From positions 35,156,001-35,220,000 of the forward strand of contig CM059432.1 of NCBI GenBank assembly GCA_030390025.1: DNA of 64,000 bases, in the 5' to 3' direction. Positions 11,276 to 21,582 of the stretch are shown in pieces (the first letter of the stretch is position 1; the number at the start of each line of letters is the position of its first letter). The translations under genes and the position numbers were made by a program. The notes below the pieces were generated by a model. That model searched no databases. It had not been told where the DNA came from and saw nothing but the letters and a program-made list of their open reading frames with translations. The stretch comes from Squalus acanthias. Taxonomy: Eukaryota.

Positions 11276-12280
11276 TCAGAAGCACTTGCGATGGACTATG
11301 GAGGGCCCTGACTCATCATACTCCTGCTTGGTGATCCACATTTGCTGGAAGGTGGAGAGAGAAGCCAAGATGGAGCCACCGATCCACACTGAATATTTCC
11401 TCTCGGGGGGAGCAATGATCTTAATCTTCATTGTGCTCGGAGCCAAGGCCGTGATTTCCTTCTGCATTCGATCAGCCATACCTGGAAACATGGTGGATCC
11501 ACCAGCCAGGATAATATTTGCATAGAGATCGCTCCTCATGCAGCTTTCACTCGCCTTGATGCTGTCATTGACAGTCTCATGGACACCTGCTGATGGCATT
11601 CCCAAGAAGGATGGCTGGAATAGAGCTTCTGGACATCGGAAACGTTCATTGCCGATGGTGATGACGTAACCATCAGGAAGTTCATAGCTTTTGTTCAGGG
11701 AGGAAGAAGAAGCAGCCATGACCATCTCCTGGTCATAATCAAGAGCCACATAGCAAAGGTCCTCCTTGATTTTTTGTGCAACGAATCTCTCGGCAGCTGT
11801 GATGAAGTGGCACCCATGGTGAATCAAACTCTCCATGAAGTAGTCATTGAGCTCCCTACCAGCAAAGTTTAGACGTCTAATGCTATCAGATACCATATAG
11901 CCATCATTGACTGACATGGCATAGGTCACACCATCACCACAGTCCAACACGAGGCCTGTGGTGCGGCCACTTGCATACATCGAGAGTTGACCAGTGACAG
12001 CAACATAGAATCTTGGTAGACTAAAATTCTCAAACATCATCTGAGTCATCTTCTCCCGGTTTGCTTTGGGGTTCAGAGGTGCCTCCGTGAAAAGAACAGG
12101 ACACTCTGCTGGGTTGACTTCCAACATATTGTAGAAGGTGTGGTGCCAGATCTTCTCCATGTCTTCCCAGTTGGTCACAATCCCATGTTTGATTGGGTAC
12201 TTGGAGATCCAAATGTCTGGTCTGACCTTGGCTTCATCTCCAACACAGTGGTCTTTTGGACCTGTTCTGACCATGGCATC
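11276..12280 (-). CDS. Divergent actin-like gene, coding exon 2 (last exon); full protein 370 aa
   Basis: Open 332-aa actin frame plus Asp-Ala from acceptor TTTTCTACTCTAG|GATGCCATG (exon starts 12280); ends [11 protein letters not shown]; about 70% aa identity to the paralogue at 51250-52254. Confidence 0.93.
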   Translation of the reverse strand, partial: DAMVRTGPKDHCVGDEAKVRPDIWISKYPIKHGIVTNWEDMEKIWHHTFYNMLEVNPAECPVLFTEAPLNPKANREKMTQMMFENFSLPRFYVAVTGQLSMYASGRTTGLVLDCGDGVTYAMSVNDGYMVSDSIRRLNFAGRELNDYFMESLIHHGCHFITAAERFVAQKIKEDLCYVALDYDQEMVMAASSSSLNKSYELPDGYVITIGNERFRCPEALFQPSFLGMPSAGVHETVNDSIKASESCMRSDLYANIILAGGSTMFPGMADRMQKEITALAPSTMKIKIIAPPERKYSVWIGGSILASLSTFQQMWITKQEYDESGPSIVHRKCF

Positions 12281-12302
12281 CTAGAGTAGAAAAGAAAGCA
12301 TT

Positions 12303-12458
12303 ATTGTTTATCCTCCCCTTTCCCTATTCTATCATTCATCCTCCTCTTTTCCTACTCTATTATTTATCTCCCCTTTCCCTATTGTTTATCCTCCCCTTTC
12401 CCTACTCTATTGGTTATAGTCCCCTTTCTCCACTCTATCATTTATCCTCCCCTTTCCT
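12303..12458. repeat. Pyrimidine-rich intronic minisatellite (TTTATCCTCCCCTTTCCCTA-like units), continuing at 15782-15945
   Basis: Repeated units on both sides of the LINE at 12459-15781. Confidence 0.7.
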
Positions 12459-13996
12459 AGGTATTGAATCAGTACCCAACAAAGGCACACCCAGCCCAGT
12501 CGACCCTGCAAAGACCTGTCCACTAACAGCTTTGGACTGGTGCCAAAGTTGGGACAGCTGTCCCACATACCAGCCAAGCAACAGCCCGACATAGTCTTAC
12601 TGAAAGAATCATATCAGCCAATGTCCCAGACTTCTCCATCACCATCCCTGGGTACATCCTGCCTGTTGGGCAGGACAGACCCTCCAGAGGTGGAGGCACG
12701 GTGGTACAAAGTTGGGGAGGCGGTGGTGCTGGGAGTCCTCAACATTGACTTCTGACCCCATCAAGTTTCATGACTTCAGGTCAAACATGGGCATGGAAAC
12801 CTCTTGCAGATTATCACCTACTGCCCTCCCCAGCTGATGATCCAGAAACACTAAGGGTAGCAAGGGCACAGTTTAGACATCTAATGCTATCAGATACCAT
12901 ATAGCCATCATTGACTGACATGGCATAGGTTAGGGTGGGGGGACCAATGTACATCATCAAGTGTGGCTCAATAGTACCACCACTGACCGAGCTGGCTGAG
13001 TCCAGAAGGGCATAGCTGCCAGACTGGGCTTGTGGCAGATGGTGAGAGAACCAACATGAGGGAATTATCTCACTAATCTACCTGTCGCAGATGCGTCTTT
13101 CCATGACAGTAATGGTAGGAGTGACCATCACACAGTCCTTATGGAGACCAAGTCCTGTCTTCACACTGAGGACACTCTCCATCATGTCATGTGGTACTGT
13201 GCTAAGTGGGATTGATGAAGAACAGATCTAGCAGCTCAAAACTGGGCATTATTGAGGCGCTGTGGGCCATCAGCAGCAGCAGAATTGTAAACCACCACAA
13301 CCTGTAACATCATGGCCCAGCATATCCCTCACTCCTCCATCACCATCAAGCCAGACGACCAACCCTGGTTCAATGAGCAGTGTAGAAGAACATGCCAGAA
13401 GCAGCACCTGGTGTACTCCTGAAAATAAGGTGCCAACCTGGCGATGCTACAACACAGGACCGCATGCATGCTAAACAGTGAAAGCAGCATGCTATAGACA
13501 GAGCTAAGAAATCCCACAACCAACGGATCAGGTCAAAGTTCTGCAGTTGTGGCACATCAGGTCGTCAATGGTGGTGGACAATCCCTGTCCTCAACGATGG
13601 CGGAGCCCAGCAAGTGAGTGAAAAATACAAGGCAGAAGTATTCGCAACCATCTTCAGCCAGAAGTGCTGAGTGGATGATCTTTCTCGGCCTCCTCCTCAG
13701 GTCCTCACCATCATAGATGCCAGTCTTCAGCCAATTCGATTCACTCCACGTGACATCAAGAATCGACTGAGTGCACTGGACATAGTAAAGGCTATGGGGC
13801 CCGACAACATCCCGACTGTAGCGCTGAAGACCTGTACTCCAGAACTAGCTGTGCCTCTAGCTAAGCTATTCCAGTACAACTACAACACTGACATCTACTA
13901 GATAATGTGGAAAATTGCCCAGGTATGTCCTGTCCACAAAAAGCAGGACAAATCCAAGCCAGCCAATTACTGCCCCATCAGCATTCTCCCAATCAT

Positions 13997-14395
13997 AAAA
14001 AAAAGAAAGACTTGCATTTATATAGCGCCTTTCACGACCACCGGACGTCTCAAAGCGCTTTACAGCCAATGAAGTACTTTTGGAGTGTAGTCACTGTTAT
14101 AATGTGGGAAATGCGGCAGCCAATTTTGGGCACAGCAAGCTCCCACAAACAGCAATGTGATAATGACCAGATAATCTGTTTTTGTGATGTGGATTGAGGG
14201 ATAAATATTGGCCAGGACACCAGGGATAACTCTCCTGCTCTTCTTCAAAATAGTGCCATGGGATCTTTTACATCCACCTGAGAGAGCAGACGGGGCCTCG
14301 GTTTAACATTTCATCCGAAAGACGGCACCTCCGACAGTGCAGCACTCCCTCAGCACTGCACTGGAGTGTCAGCCTAGATTTACGTGCTGCAGTCC
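13997..14395 (-). mobile_element. Deu-domain SINE (SacSINE1/AmnSINE1-like)
   Basis: Reverse complement carries the recalled Deu core CCGTCTTTCGGATGA..AAACCGAGGCCCCGTCTGC..AAAGATCCCATGGCACTATTT..CAGATTATCTGGTCATTATCACATTGCTG. Confidence 0.8.
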
Positions 14396-15263
14396 CTACA
14401 GCACGTAAAATAATTAAAGGAGTTGTCAACAGTGCTATCAAGCGGCACTTATTACCAATAACCTGCTCACCGATGCTCAGTTTGGGTTCCACCAGGACCA
14501 CTCAGCTCCTTATTACAGCCTTGGTCCATATATGAAGACAGGAACTAAAAACCAGAGGTGAGGTGAGAGTGACTGTCCTTGACATCAAGGCAGCATTTGA
14601 CCGAATGTGGCACCAAGAAGCCCTAGTAAAAGGTCAAGTGAGATCAGAGAGAAAACTCTACAGTGGTTGGAGTCATACCTGACACAAAGGAAGATGGTTG
14701 TGGTTGTTGGAAGTAAATTATCTCAGCCCAAGGAGATCGTTGCAGTATCCTCGGCCCAGCTCTCTACTGCTGTTTCATCAATCATCTGCCCTCCCTCATA
14801 AGGTCAAAAGTGGGACTGCCCACTTATATGACGATTGTAGAATGTTCAGCTCCATTAGCAATTCCTCAGATAATGAAGAATTCCATGCCTGCTTGCAGCA
14901 AGAACTGAACAACGTCCAGGCTTGGACTGATACGTGGCAAGCAACATTCGCGCCACATAACTGCCAGGCAATGTCCATCTCCAACGAGAGAGAGTCCAAC
15001 CACCTCCCCATGACATTCAGTGTCTTCACCATCACCAAATCCTCCACAATCAACATCCTGGGGTTTACCATTGAGCAGAAATTGAACTGGACAAGCCACA
15101 TAAACACCATGACTACTAGAGCAGGGCAGGGGCTGGGTATTCTGCGGTGAGTGGCTCACCTCCTGACTCCCAAAACCTCTCCACTACCTAGAAGTCACAA
15201 GTCAAGAATGTGATCAAATACTCTTCACTTGCAGCTGCAACAACACTCAAGAATCTCAACACT

Positions 15264-15628
15264 GGAAACAAGTGTAGTGGTTATGTTCCTGGACTAATAA
15301 TCCACAGTACTGAGTTTAAATTCCTCCATGGCAGTTTAAGAATTTCAATTCAGTTTCAAAAATTTGGAAATAAAAAGCTGGTATCACTAAAAGTGACCAT
15401 GAATCTGTCAGATTGTTGTAAAAATCCAAATGGTTCACTAATGTTCTTAGGGAAGGGAACCTGCCCAGTCTGGCCTATATGTGACTCCAGTATCACACCA
15501 AAGTGGTTGACTCTTAACTGCCCACTGAAATGGCCTAGCAAGCCACTCAGTTGTATCAAACATGGCAACTAGGAATGGGCAATAAATGCGGCCTTGCCAG
15601 TGACACTCACATTTCAAGAATGAAACAA
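15264..15628 (+). mobile_element. tRNA-derived SINE sharing the 3' tail of the second LINE family
   Basis: GTAGTGGTTATG..CTGGACTA head; tail GGGCAATAAATGCGGCCTTGCCAG; second copy at 54559-54910 on the minus strand. Confidence 0.65.
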
Positions 15629-16344
15629 AACACCATCCAAGAAAAAGCTGTCTGCTTGATCGGCACCACATCCACTCGCTTAAACAACCACTACCTCCAC
15701 CATCAACATACAGGCAATACTATCTACAGGATGCACTGCTGCAACTCGCCAAGGCTTCGTTGGCAGCACCTTCAAAACCCTACTCTGTCCTTTATATTCC
15801 CCTTTCCCATCTCTATCCTTTGTATTCCCCTTTCCCATCTCTATCCTTTGTATTCCCCTTTCCCTATTCTAGCCTTTATCCTCCCATTTCCCTACTCTAT
15901 CATTTATATTCCCGTTTCCCTACTGTAATTGTTTTTTCCCCCTATTTTAACTCCTTGATGCTTCTGTTTCCCACAATGCACACTCCTCTGGTCAGGAGAC
16001 CAGAATGACATAGGCTTAGTACCTGGCCACAGTCTTTCAATTTTGCCCCATCATGAACCAGCAGGAGGTGTGAGTCAAGCCCTTTTCCCTATTTCCTCCT
16101 CCTTCCCTGTCCTCACCCTCAATTGGCAGACCATCCAGAGGCCCTTCTGAGAATTGGTCAGTACTGTCCAGCACTGTATGGATGCAAGTAAACATTTCAA
16201 GTCAAAGAGGGAGAGCAATGGGAAGGGGGAAACTACAGTTTACACCACCAACAACAGAAGGACACTGAACCCTTTCCACATACAGACAGACTGGCACAAC
16301 AGTCCAAATCGCCAACCAGAAGAAAATTTAAGATGAAATTTGTT

Positions 16345-16820
16345 CTTTTTTTTAATTCGTTTATGGGATGTGGGCATCGCTGGCAAGGCCAGCATTTATT
16401 GCTCATCCATAATTGCCCTCGAGAAGGTGGTGGTGAGCCGCCTTCTTGAACCACTGCAGTCCGTGTGGTGAAGGTACTCCCACAGTGCTGTTAGGGAGGG
16501 AGTTCCAGGATTTTGACCCAGCGACAATGAAGGATCAGCGATATACTTCTAAGTCAGGATGGTGTGTGACTTGGAGGGGAACTTGGAGGTGGTGGTGTTC
16601 CCATGCGCCTGCTGCCCTTGTCCTTCTACGTGGTAGAGGTCGTGGGTTTGGGAGGTGCTGCTGAAGAAGCCTTGGCGAGTTGCTGCAGTGCATCTTGTAG
16701 ATGGTACACACTGCAGCCATGGTACGCTGGTGGTGGAGGGAGTGAATGTTTAAGGTGGTGGATGGGATGCCAATCAAGTGGGCTGCTTTGTCCTGGATGG
16801 TGTCGAGCTTCTTGAGTGTT
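16345..16820 (-). mobile_element. 3' end of second-family CR1/L2-clade LINE
   Basis: [37 protein letters not shown]; tail GGCCTTGCCAGCGATGCCCACATCCCATAAACGAATTAAAAAAA. Confidence 0.85.
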
Positions 16821-16861
16821 CTCTTAAAGTATTTCAGTTTTGAGCAACTTATAAAGTTTAC

Positions 16862-16969
16862 CTGGTGTTGGGGCGTTCCCACAACAGAGGGAAACACAGC
16901 TCTGGGAGCATCCTCCCCTGCAAACCCGGCCTTGATCATCCCAGTTCCATTATCTACAACCACATCCAT
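16862..16969 (-). CDS. Divergent actin-like gene, coding exon 1 ([36 protein letters not shown])
   Basis: Acceptor TTTTCACACAG|GTTCTGAGTCATG upstream (exon starts 16979), donor CAG|GTAAAC at 16861; phase-0 join to 12280 restores a colinear actin. Confidence 0.92.
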
Positions 16970-17204
16970 GACTCAGAACCTGTGTGAAAAGACACAGATA
17001 TAAAAACACAAAGTGGCTACGTGTGGGCAGGTGAGAGCAGGCAAGACAGAGATTGACCTTCTCCAGCTCTCTGAGAGTTTTATCCGTCTTCAAAAGCTTT
17101 TATTTCTCACTTTTAGCATTAGCGGCTGCGCAGCAAATTTAAAGGGGTCGCGCGCCTTAAATAAAACGTAGAGGGAACATTGGTACTGAGAGAGTGCTGC
17201 ACTT

Positions 17205-17465
17205 AAACAGAGGGGAGATGAGGGAAAAACAATTTATTCAGCGAGTTGTTGTGATCTGGACTGCACTGCCTGAAAGGGTGATGGATGCAGATTCAATAAT
17301 AACTTTCAAAAGGGAAGTGGATATATGTTTGAAAAGGAAAATTTGCAGGGCTAGGGGGAAAGAGCAGGGGAGTGGGACTAATTGGATAGCTCTTTCAAAG
17401 AGTCGGCACAGGCACGATGGGTCGAATGGCCTCCTGCACTGTATGATTCCATGATTCTATGACAA
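17205..17465 (+). mobile_element. CR1 LINE 3' end
   Basis: FIQRVVVIWTALPERVMDADSIITFKRE; ATTCYATG tail. Confidence 0.8.
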
Positions 17466-17534
17466 AGTCAAAAGACTTGAGTCATATCATTAGCTGAGAT
17501 TATGTAAACCAGTTAGTGCAATGTTTCAGATTTT

Positions 17535-17943
17535 ATCTGTGGAGAGAGAAACAGAGTTAACGTTTCAGGTCGATGACCCTTCCTTCGGCAGTTCTGACAA
17601 AGGGTCATCGACCTGAAACGTTAACTCTGTTTCTCTCTTCATAGATGCTGCCTGACCTGCTGAGTATTTCCAGCATTTTCTGTTATTATTTCAGATTTCC
17701 AGCATCCGCAGTATTTTGCTTTTGTATTGGTGTTTAATTCACTGCCACTTCTCTTCTAGGAATGCCCACCTTGAAGAAGTTCTGCTCTTCTCTCCGACGG
17801 GATTTCCGTTTGTCTCTTTTACCTTGTTGATCTTCAGCAGTTCTGACGAAGGGTCATCGACCTGAAACGTTAACTCTGTTTCTCTCTCCACAGATGCTGC
17901 CTGACCTGCTGAGTATTTCCAGCATTTTCTGTTTTTATTTCAG
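17535..17943 (+). mobile_element. Penelope-like pLTR cluster: inverted end plus two direct pLTR copies (period 249 nt)
   Basis: 47-bp inverted arms 17535-17581 / 17600-17646; direct copies starting 17590 and 17839 match the 3' termini of the GIY-YIG elements at 44742 and 49144. Confidence 0.85.
17839..17875 (+). ncRNA. Minimal hammerhead ribozyme motif, intact core
   Basis: AGTT-CTGACGA-A-GGGTC-ATC-GACCT-GAAA-CG-TT-AACT; upstream copy 17590-17626 has a core mutation (CTGACAA). Confidence 0.75.
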
Positions 17944-18249
17944 AATTTATTGCTGTGCAACAGGTTGTTTGAACAAAGAGTGCTAGGTGGGGGGTTTTGA
18001 ATTGCATCATTTATACCCTTTCACAGCTGCATTCCACTGCTCAGGGCAACTGGTAGGTAATCAAATACTTACCTTGGTGACACCAATCCCCTCCCTGTTT
18101 ATAATGCTCTTATCTGGATTTAAATTGCATTGCATGACTATATAAACCCAATTCAGTTGGTATAAATGGTCACTGGTCAACATCCAAATATACCTATTTA
18201 GCACTGTTGTTTTAGTATAAACACTATTCTGCGGTACTTTTTTGCACTG

Positions 18250-18390
18250 TAAGGGCTGCTGTCTTTCGGATGAAGCATTAAAATGAGACCCGTCTGCCCT
18301 CTTAGGGGGACGTAAAAGATTCCAGAGCACTATGTTGAAGAAGAGCTGGGGAGTTCTCCCTGGTATCCTGGCCAATAATTATCCCTCAAA
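18250..18390 (+). mobile_element. Deu-domain SINE fragment
   Basis: GTCTTTCGGATGAAGCATTAAA..CCGTCTGCCCTC..AATAATTATCCCTCAA. Confidence 0.65.
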
Positions 18391-18633
18391 ATGGGACAAG
18401 TAAAGAAACAAAAGATTGGTCCAGAGGGGGTGTGGGGAACGGTTACAGAAGAATAGCTGATGCGGAGACAAGCATGGATAACCTGGCAAAGAGGATAAGG
18501 CTCCCGTGGCCCAGGAATGTGGTGGAGAAAGGTGGGTAGAGCCCAGGGTTGCGGACCACCCCAGTGGTCAGGTACCAATAGGGGATCCCCACCCCAAGCA
18601 CGAGCCCACACTTCCTCCACTCCCAGTGCAGCC

Positions 18634-20125
18634 ATAAGAATATAAGAACATAAGAAATAGGAGCAGGAGTAGGCCATTCGGCCCATCGAGCCTGCTCCTC
18701 CATTCAATACGATCATGGCTGATCTTCTACCTCAACTCCACTTTCCTGCCCGATCCCCATATCCCTTAATTCCCTTAATATCCAAAAATCTATCAATCTC
18801 TGTCTTGAATATACTCAACAACTGAGCCTCCACAGCCCTCTGGGGTAAAGAATTCCAAAGATTCGCCACACTCTGAGTGAAGAAATTTCTCCTCATCTCA
18901 GTCCTAAATGGCCAACCCCTTATTCTGAGACTGTGACCCCTGGTTCTAGACTCCCCAGCCAGGGGAAACATCCTCCCTGCATCTACCCTGACAAGCCCTG
19001 TAAGAATTTTGTAAGTTTCAATGAGATCACCTCTCATTCTTCTAAACTCTAGAGAATATAGGCCTAATCTACTCAATCTCTCCTCATAGGACAATCCCCA
19101 CATCCCAGGAACCAGTCTGTTGAACCTTTGTTTCACTCCCTCTATGGCAAGTATATCCTTCCTTAGGTAAGGAGACCAAAACTGTACACAATACTCCAGC
19201 TGTGGTCTCACCAGGGCCCTATACAATTGCAGTAAGACATCTTTACTCTTATACTCAAATCCTCTTGTAATAAAGGCCAACATACCATTTGCTTTCCTAA
19301 TTGCTTACTGTACCTGCATGTTAACTTTCAGTGATTCGTGTACAAGGACACCCAAGTCCCTCTGAATACCAACATTTTCCAATCTCTCACCATTTAAAAA
19401 ATACTCTGCTTTTCTATTTTTTCTACCAAAGTGGATAACTTCACATTTCTCCACATTATATTCCATTTGCCATGTTCTTGCCCACTCACTTAGCCTGTCT
19501 ATATCCCCTTGAAGCCTCTTTGCATCCTCCTCACAACTTACATTCCCACCCAGCTTTGTATCATCAGCAAACTTGGATATATTACATTTGGTCCCCTCAT
19601 CCAAATCATTGATATAGATTGTGAATAGCTGAGACCCAAGCACTGATCCTTGCGGTACCCCACTAGCTACAGCCTGCCAACCCGAAAATGACCCGTTTAT
19701 TCCTACTCTCTGTTTTCTGTCCGTTAACCAATCCTCAGTCCATGCTAGTACATTACCCCCAATCCTATGAGCCCTAATTTTGTTTAATAACCTCTTGTGT
19801 GGCACCTTATCGAATGCCTTCTGAAAATCCAAATACACCACATCCACTGGTCCCCCCTTATCTATTCTGTTAGTTACAACCTCAAAAAACTCCAACAGAT
19901 TTGTCAAACATGATTTCCCTTTCATAAATCCGTGTTGATTCTGCCCAATCCTATTATTATTTTTCTAAGTGCCTTGTTACCACGTCCTTAATAATAGATT
20001 CTAGCATTTTCCCTACTACTGATGTCAGGCTAACTGGTCTGTAGTTCTCCGTTTTCTCTCTCCCTCCTTTCTTAAATAGTGGGGTTACATTTGCTACCTT
20101 CCAATCCACGGAAACCGTTCTAGAA
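18634..20125 (-). mobile_element. 5'-truncated CR1 LINE
   Basis: ORFs 18732-19283, 19305-19925, 19957-20169 are consecutive ORF2 pieces ([24 protein letters not shown]); (CATAAGAA)n tail. Confidence 0.9.
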
Positions 20126-20139
20126 TCCTGCAGCAGAGC

Positions 20140-20368
20140 CACTGGTTTCTTTATTTGTCCCATTAGCACCCACTTTTGCGTTGTACCATCATCCCTTTCA
20201 TCATTTAATCACTCCTGCCCTCCACCTTATTACAGACCTTCCGGTTTGTTCTTTCCTCCCTGCCCCGCCACCCCCACCCCCGCCCCACCCCTCTCCTTTT
20301 CCCTGGCTCTACTTGCTTAAAACCTGTTCATCTCCAGTTCTGATGAAAGGTCATCGACCAGAAACGTT
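20140..20368 (+). mobile_element. Penelope-like 3' UTR fragment ending in a truncated hammerhead motif
   Basis: Similar to 48975-49180; CAGTTCTGATGAAAGGTCATCGACCAGAAACGTT stops at a GGGGGGAATTT MITE-type end at 20369. Confidence 0.7.
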
Positions 20369-20842
20369 GGGGGGAATTTAAACCTGGAGGAGTGCGTGGG
20401 TCTGGGTACGGGTGGGGGGTTAAAAGCGGCAAAAATGCAAGCGCGCAGGAAGCCGGCTCCAACCCACCAACTTCCACGTTTAACTGGAGTGTGTTAGGCT
20501 GCTTGCACACAACCCCCTCAAGTTAATAGGCAGGTGACATATTAATATACGCTAATCACTCAATTGGAGCGATATTTCAACACATTTTTGAATTTAACGC
20601 CACATCCACGGGTTTCCCGGGCTTCCTGAAACTCGCCAGTGAAAGTAAGGCGGGAATATAACGGCTATTGAGGGGGCGGAAATACTGCAATAAATACTCA
20701 GTACTCACAGATGCTTTCTTACCTACTAGTGGGAAAGGGTTTGTTCACAGTATTTCTGCTGATAGTTTACTTTCTACACTTTGGAGGTTTTCTGAATCAC
20801 ATCAAGATGGGTGGTGTCTTGGCTACCTTAGATTGGACCTCA

Positions 20843-21582
20843 GGCTGGTGGAATGGGCGGACACGTGGCAGATGAAATTTAACGCAGAAAAGTGCGAAGT
20901 GATACATTTTGGTAGGAAGAACGAGGAGAGGCAATATAAACTAACGGGTACAATCCTAAAGGGGGTGCATGAACAGAGAGACCTGGGGGTATATGTGCAC
21001 AAATTGTTGATGGTGGCAGGACAGGTTGAAAAAGTGGTTAAATATAGCATACGGATACTGGGCTTCATAAATAGTGGCAAGTACAAAAGCAAGGAAGTTA
21101 TGATGAACCTTTATAAAACAATGGTTCGGCCTCAACTGGAGTATTGTGTCCAATTCTGGGCACCGCACTTTAGGAAGGATGCAGAAAAGATTTACAATAA
21201 TGGTTCCAGGGATGAGGGACTTCAATTATGTGGATAGACTGGAGACGCTGGGGTAGTTCTCCCTAGAGCAGAGAAGGTGGAGAGGAGATTAGATAGAGGT
21301 GTTCAAAATCATGAGTGTTTAGATAGAGTTGATAGAGAGAAACTGTTCCCATTGACGGAAGGGTCGAGAACCAGAGGGCACAGATTTAAGGTGATTAGCA
21401 AAAGAACCAAAGGCGACATGAGGAAAAACTTTTTTACGCAGCGAGTGGTTAGGATCTGGAATCCACTGCCTGAGAGGGTGGTGGAGGCAGATTCAATCGT
21501 GGCTTTCAAAAGGGAATTGGATAAGTGCCTGAAGGAAAAAAATTTGCAGGGCTATGGGGAAAGGGCGGGGAAGTGGGACTAG
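20843..21582 (+). mobile_element. CR1 LINE 3' fragment
   Basis: RLVEWADTWQMKFNAEKCEVIHFG..VRPQLEYCVQFWAPHFRKD; FTQRVVRIWNPLPERVVEA. Confidence 0.85.

Larger units (their letters stand above)
12459..15781 (+). mobile_element. Decayed CR1/L2-clade LINE (second family) in the actin intron, endonuclease and RT remnants
   Basis: KQQPDIVLLKESY (endonuclease start), KAMGPDNIPTVALKTCTPELAVPLAKLFQ, DIKAAFDR, YDDC, EQKLNWTSHIN; many stops and frameshifts. Confidence 0.8.

Noticed and set aside
16535..16861. ORF 16535-16969 as an actin-LINE fusion protein
   Set aside because: Read-through past the canonical donor at 16861 into an intronic LINE 3' end; splicing to 12280 explains the exon
17040..17110. 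First non-coding exon and TATA for the divergent actin (donor AAG|GTCAAT at 17057)
   Set aside because: Signals too weak to call without transcript data
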